Assembly (NCBI RefSeq): GCF_000829235.1
Contig: NZ_AP012549.1
Span: forward strand, 2,070,001-2,102,000
Direction of reading: 5' to 3'
Length of the DNA: 32,000 nt
Source: a cyanobacterium endosymbiont of Epithemia turgida isolate EtSB Lake Yunoko
GTDB taxonomy: Bacteria; Cyanobacteriota; Cyanobacteriia; Cyanobacteriales; Microcystaceae
Part shown: positions 27,897 to 32,000 of the stretch, piece by piece
How the letters are laid out: the number at the start of each line of letters is the position of its first letter
Numbering within the stretch: the first letter of the stretch is position 1
Notes under the pieces: model-generated
The model's input: only the letters and a program-made list of their open reading frames with translations
What the model was told of the DNA's origin: nothing
The model's database searches: none
Position numbers and translations under genes: made by a program

Positions 27897-28503
27897 ACTC
27901 TGTTATCATAAATAATTCGATTATTTTAATTATTTTTCACTAGAAAAACCTATTTTTTAAAGAGTTAACAACTTTCTTTAAAAAATAAAAAAACGATAAT
28001 GTAGATCTATATAAAAATCGCAATATACTGATTTATACCTTGTTAGAATTGGGAGTTAGTATATTTTATTGCCTCGGTTATTGCTTAATTAAAGTAAGAT
28101 ACTTTGTGTCTATTTAAAATATTTTTCCAACTCCATTTTCTCATATAGAGTGGCTTGTATCGGATCTAGATTAGATAAATATTGATCCACCTGACTAAAA
28201 TTACCTTTTAATAAACAAGGTCATTATTTTTCCTCATTATTCATGAATTTGTACCATAACTTCTAAATTAGAAACTAAATTTATCAGTATCTTGGTTTGC
28301 TACTACTTTAGTGTCAAAATTTTTTAATTAAATGAACGATTATTTTCTTAAATAAGAAACTTGTGGGGCTTTCTATTGATAAAATGAACCAATTTTAGAA
28401 AGTTGAAGAGCAAATTACCTAATCCATTGAGTAATTATGTCCTAAATGTTTTGAATTCAGATTATCTGATCTAAACTGAGACACTGACAATCTCAGGCAG
28501 AAA

Positions 28504-28532
28504 TTAGGGTTGCGCCCTAGGCGCAACCCTAA
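28504..28532 (-). terminator. Intrinsic terminator of the ferredoxin-modBC-feoAB transcription unit
   Basis: 12-bp GC-rich perfect stem TTAGGGTTGCGC / GCGCAACCCTAA with 5-nt loop, beginning 4 nt after the ferredoxin stop. Followed by UUUCUG on the minus strand and CUUUUU on the plus strand. Confidence 0.7.
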
Positions 28533-28536
28533 CTTT

Positions 28537-28827
28537 TTAGGCGGGAGCATGAACATAGCAATTTTTAGGACATATGCGAGCACAAGCTTCACAACCAATG
28601 CAATTGTCCTTATTAGCAATTGTCATAACTTGACGTTCGATATCGTCGTCATCTTCATCTTCGTCAACAAAATCTCCGTCTTCATTAACCCCCATTAAGG
28701 CTAATACTTTCTGCCCACAGACTTTGAAACAACGTCCACAACCGAGACAAGTATCTTTATTGATAGAGTCAACAAATTTGGGAATCCATTCAAGTCCACC
28801 AAAAGTTAAAGCAGTTGTAGTTGTCAT
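28537..28827 (-). CDS. 2x[4Fe-4S] ferredoxin of the nif-associated (ferredoxin III-like) type
   Basis: 96 aa. Two CX2CX2CX3C motifs ([22 protein letters not shown]) separated by an acidic insert (DEDEDDDD). Located next to modBC/feoAB. Confidence 0.8.
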   Translation of the reverse strand: MTTTTALTFGGLEWIPKFVDSINKDTCLGCGRCFKVCGQKVLALMGVNEDGDFVDEDEDDDDIERQVMTIANKDNCIGCEACARICPKNCYVHAPA

Positions 28828-28841
28828 GTGTGTTCTCCTTT

Positions 28842-30791
28842 TTAAGATAATTTTTGCTTTGAGTGATCCTCGCTAGTTAATCGTAAAAGTTCACTAGGCG
28901 AGTATTCAAGGGTATGATATCCACTTGAATTCTGTAATAGCAGCAGACGCTGCGGATGAAGCTGAACCCGCCAAGGAAAAGGGCGATCTTTGAGTTGCTG
29001 CCATTTATCCTTCAACACCTCCACTTGTAAGTGGTAATCGTAGGGACTGGTAGGAGCGCAATTCAGCTTTAAATAAAGAGTCATCCGATGTGGTGTTTCA
29101 CTAATGGTGGTTAACCAACAGGGGAAAACATTAATGTCGTGAAGGGAAGAAAATCTTTCAATATCGGGAAAAGTCAGTTGATGAGCGCGAATTCCGACAT
29201 GGACTAAATTCGGGGCAATGATATCAAATACCTCGAGGGTGCATCCCCAGTCAATGGCTGTAATTTTGCATTGGGAAACTTGTCTAATACGTGAGAAATT
29301 CTTACAGCCAGTCATTTGAGCCACTCTAAAGCTTTGGGGATATTCGAAAATCTCTTGTTTGGGTCCTTGAGCAATAATTTTTCCTCCTTCGAGAATCAAA
29401 AGATTAGGACAAACTCGATATGCTTCCTCTAGGTTATGAGTAACAAATAAGGTAACACCTGGATAACGAATCAAACTAGTCCTGAGGAGTTTTTCTAGTT
29501 GATCTCGTAAGTAGGTGTCGAGAGCAGAAAATGGTTCATCAAGTAGCAATATTTCTGGTTCGCTGGCTAAGGCACGGGCTAGGGCAATTCTTTGTTGTTG
29601 TCCTCCTGAAAGTTCTGTTGGATAGCGACTACCTAACGCATCCAATTGAACACTGTTCAAATGCCTTTTAAGCCTAGCGCGAGTGGCACTTATTGAGAGT
29701 CCTTTAGGTAAACCAAAAGCAATATTCTGAGCAACTGTGAGGTGGGGAAACAAGGCATAATTTTGGAACAGATAACCCACGCGACGCTCATGAATGGGTA
29801 TATTAATCCCCTGACGAGAATCAAATAAAATTCGGCCATTTAGAATAATCCGACCGTGATCAGGAGTCTCTAATCCTGTGATACAGCGTAAAATCATGCT
29901 TTTTCCTGCCCCAGAAGCCCCTAATAACCCCAAAGGAAGTCCATCGGTATGAAAAGATACATCTAACAAAAATCCAGGTAATTGCTTCTGAATGTCAACA
30001 ATTAGCTTAATTTGCGCTTTTGGAACCGGATAATCAGTAGTGTCCCAGGTCAAACCTAATGCATGAGGATCAAGGTTTTCTCTTAACAAGTTGGATTGTT
30101 TTAAAGAGGTTACTCCTTTACTTTTTCGGTTAGGCTGCTCATCAGACCAATAATTAACAATACTCATGATGCTCAGGGACAACACTAAGATGATCCCAAC
30201 CCAAGCTAATGCTTGATCCATTGCTCCACTTTCGGCAGCAAAAAAGATGGCAATGGGAATTGTCTGGGTTTTCCCTGGAATACTACCAGCCAACATTAAG
30301 GTTGCCCCAAATTCCCCCAACGCTCTGGCAAAAGACAACAAAAATCCAGCTATAAGACCAGGTTTCGCTAGAGGTAGTAATATTTGCCAGAAAACTCGTT
30401 CTTCCGATGCTCCTAGAGTTCTAGCACTAGCTAACAAATTGGTGTCAATTTGTCTGAAGGACCCCAACATGGTTTTATACATTAATGGAAAGGCAACAAC
30501 AACTGAGGCGATAACAGTAGCATACCAGGTGAAAATAACACTGATATTGAATAGAGCTAACAACCGTCCAATTGGTCCCTGCTTGCCTAACAAGAGTAAT
30601 AAGACAAACCCCATTACCGTGGGGGGCAGTACCAAAGGAGCAGTTAGTAACCCATCAATTAAACTTTTCCCTACTCCCCGATATTTGAACATCCAACGGG
30701 CTGTGGTTACACCGCAAAAGGAGGCAATTAGTGTTGCTGTTAAGGCTGTTTTTAAGGAAATCCATACTGGAGAGAGGTCAAGATGCATCAT
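28842..30791 (-). CDS. modBC: Fused molybdate ABC transporter permease-ATPase
   Basis: 649 aa. The N-terminal ~225 aa is a ModB-like permease (EAA-type loop [23 protein letters not shown]). Next comes an ABC ATPase ([34 protein letters not shown]), followed by a ~170-aa C-terminal extension. Confidence 0.85.
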   Translation of the reverse strand: MMHLDLSPVWISLKTALTATLIASFCGVTTARWMFKYRGVGKSLIDGLLTAPLVLPPTVMGFVLLLLLGKQGPIGRLLALFNISVIFTWYATVIASVVVAFPLMYKTMLGSFRQIDTNLLASARTLGASEERVFWQILLPLAKPGLIAGFLLSFARALGEFGATLMLAGSIPGKTQTIPIAIFFAAESGAMDQALAWVGIILVLSLSIMSIVNYWSDEQPNRKSKGVTSLKQSNLLRENLDPHALGLTWDTTDYPVPKAQIKLIVDIQKQLPGFLLDVSFHTDGLPLGLLGASGAGKSMILRCITGLETPDHGRIILNGRILFDSRQGINIPIHERRVGYLFQNYALFPHLTVAQNIAFGLPKGLSISATRARLKRHLNSVQLDALGSRYPTELSGGQQQRIALARALASEPEILLLDEPFSALDTYLRDQLEKLLRTSLIRYPGVTLFVTHNLEEAYRVCPNLLILEGGKIIAQGPKQEIFEYPQSFRVAQMTGCKNFSRIRQVSQCKITAIDWGCTLEVFDIIAPNLVHVGIRAHQLTFPDIERFSSLHDINVFPCWLTTISETPHRMTLYLKLNCAPTSPYDYHLQVEVLKDKWQQLKDRPFPWRVQLHPQRLLLLQNSSGYHTLEYSPSELLRLTSEDHSKQKLS

Positions 30792-30866
30792 TATTTCTGC
30801 CTTTTACTTTTTACCCGTGGTTGATCATTGCCCATCCTATAATTAATAGAGGTACTTAATTGTCTT

Positions 30867-31118
30867 CTACCGAGTTCGTCTTACGTAAATGGCACGGGCT
30901 AAGGTACGATCAATAGCAATTCGCATTTCTCCAACTTTAATAACATATGAAGGAAATCGCTGTTCTAAGGTAATTTTAAGTCCAGGCATAATACCCATTG
31001 CGATCAGTTTTCGCAATAGATTCTCATCATTCTTTCTGAATTGAGTAATAATCCCCGTATCCTTTTCTTTGAGAAGATTTAGAGCTAAAGACTCAACAGT
31101 GAAACTTTGGGCAAACAT
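30867..31118 (-). CDS. feoA: Ferrous iron transport protein A
   Basis: 83 aa SH3-like FeoA (GIMPGLKITLEQRFPSYVIKVGEMRIAIDRTLA). The start is 1 nt after the feoB stop. Confidence 0.85.
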   Translation of the reverse strand: MFAQSFTVESLALNLLKEKDTGIITQFRKNDENLLRKLIAMGIMPGLKITLEQRFPSYVIKVGEMRIAIDRTLARAIYVRRTR

Positions 31119-31119
31119 T

Positions 31120-32000
31120 TTAGAACGTGACCTCCAGAATAGATAAGAGTTGATTGAGTAAATACCCCATTAAAAAGGCAAGTACAATAATAAAACTTGT
31201 CATAGCTAGAGTTATTTTGAGTCCGTGTTGTTTTAAAATTAATTGGAATTGAGTCAGACAAGGAATAAATAGAGTTAAGGTAACTGCCGCTACGATCAAT
31301 TGACGACCCATTAAAATACCTGAGCGATGAAGGTCAAACATAGCTGCAGCCCCATAGTCTCGACGAAAAAATCCGTAAAGAAAAATGCTGGAGGTTGAGG
31401 GAGGAAGTCCTAACCAAATCATAATTGGTTCTAACTCCTTGAGTAATATTTCAAAGAGTCCAGACAGTTTTCCTAGCCAAATTAATATTGATACTAAAAT
31501 AGATATGTGAATAATTTCCTTTAAATACCATAGAGTTCTTCCATAAGTTTTGCTTAAAATAGACTGAACCCTAGGCATCCTTAATGGGGGAATTTCTAGA
31601 TAAAAACAGGCACTATCGCCAGGTAGTATCTTGGCAGTTAATAACCCTACAATAACAAAGATAAAACTCATCGTTCCCACCCAAATAGTTAGAGCAGCAG
31701 GACTTTGAGACAGTAATCCCAAAATAACTCCTAATTGAGGCGAACAGGGAACAACTAAGGCTAATAATAGGGTAGCAATCACCCTTTCCCGTTTACTTTC
31801 TAGGGTACGGGTAACCAGAGTAGCCATTGTTCCACATCCTAATCCTAAAACTAGGGGAGTAATAGAACGTCCTGATAAACCTAAAGCTTTTAACAAGCGA
31901 TCAGCTAATAGAGAAAGTCGAGGTAAGTAGCCACTATCTTCCAGTAGAGAAAACATCAAAAAGAAAGTACTGACAATAGGGAAAATAATAGCGATAACAT
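31120..32000 (-). CDS. feoB: Ferrous iron transporter B, C-terminal membrane part (5' end outside the window)
   Basis: The frame stays open past the track's internal M up to position 32000 (VIAIIFPIVSTFFLMFSLLEDSGYLPR...). Gate-motif-like LLEDSGYL and multiple TM segments. Confidence 0.85.
   Translation of the reverse strand, partial: VIAIIFPIVSTFFLMFSLLEDSGYLPRLSLLADRLLKALGLSGRSITPLVLGLGCGTMATLVTRTLESKRERVIATLLLALVVPCSPQLGVILGLLSQSPAALTIWVGTMSFIFVIVGLLTAKILPGDSACFYLEIPPLRMPRVQSILSKTYGRTLWYLKEIIHISILVSILIWLGKLSGLFEILLKELEPIMIWLGLPPSTSSIFLYGFFRRDYGAAAMFDLHRSGILMGRQLIVAAVTLTLFIPCLTQFQLILKQHGLKITLAMTSFIIVLAFLMGYLLNQLLSILEVTF

Noticed and set aside
27600-27900. Low-complexity A/T stretches (also 14150-14460) checked for CRISPR arrays or tandem repeats
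   Set aside because: No regularly spaced repeat unit of about 25-40 nt and no periodicity. It is only compositional low complexity.
28419-28698. ORFs 28419..28619 (minus) and 28510..28698 (plus) around the ferredoxin 3' end
   Set aside because: Both run through the GC-rich terminator palindrome and overlap the ferredoxin gene, so they are artefacts of the palindrome.
30247-30846. 199-aa plus-strand ORF antisense to modBC
   Set aside because: It lies fully inside the modBC permease domain on the opposite strand. The Pro/Asn/Lys-rich translation is typical of an antisense frame.
1-32000. Scan for tRNA, rRNA, tmRNA, RNase P-like genes and for recognisable defence or toxin-antitoxin operons
   Set aside because: There are no T-arm-like GGTTCGAATCC-type motifs, no rRNA-like GC-rich blocks, and no reverse transcriptase, Cas, restriction or TA gene signatures among the ORFs. 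The lone UvrD-like helicase has no partner nuclease or adjacent system genes.

Overview
Cyanobacterial chromosomal window: it carries the ndhC-ndhK-ndhJ operon, sqdX, pyrF, dapF, DUF4079/DUF1830-type genes and two perfect HIP1 octamers. Its right edge is the flank of a nitrogen-fixation-type gene block, all on the minus strand: a nif-type 2x[4Fe-4S] ferredoxin, fused modBC, feoA and feoB. About 22 intact genes occupy only ~57% of the window by my coordinates. The rest is visibly very AT-rich spacer (I did not compute composition). Those spacers are not empty. (i) A NarL-type response regulator is still in one reading frame but carries four in-frame nonsense codons plus an HTH deletion. (ii) A DUF1830-type gene has an in-frame TAA. 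(iii) Three decayed transposase relics (one ISL3-like, two IS630-like) are packed into the 22.4-26.0 kb desert. (iv) The least explained signal is a dispersed intergenic repeat family with three same-strand copies (about 613-945, 8258-8470, 14519-14810). The copies share an invariant AATTTTTAGGCA core and a T-run. Two of them carry a TTGTTC-N17-TAATTT promoter-like module upstream of two membrane-lipid loci (sqdX and an mlaF/mlaD-like pair). Unusually long perfect inverted repeats (20, 17, 14 and 13 bp) sit at gene ends or in spacers. I found no rRNA, tRNA, CRISPR array or recognisable defence system. The pattern fits a diazotrophic cyanobacterium undergoing AT-biased gene decay. That is inference; the organism cannot be identified without a database search.
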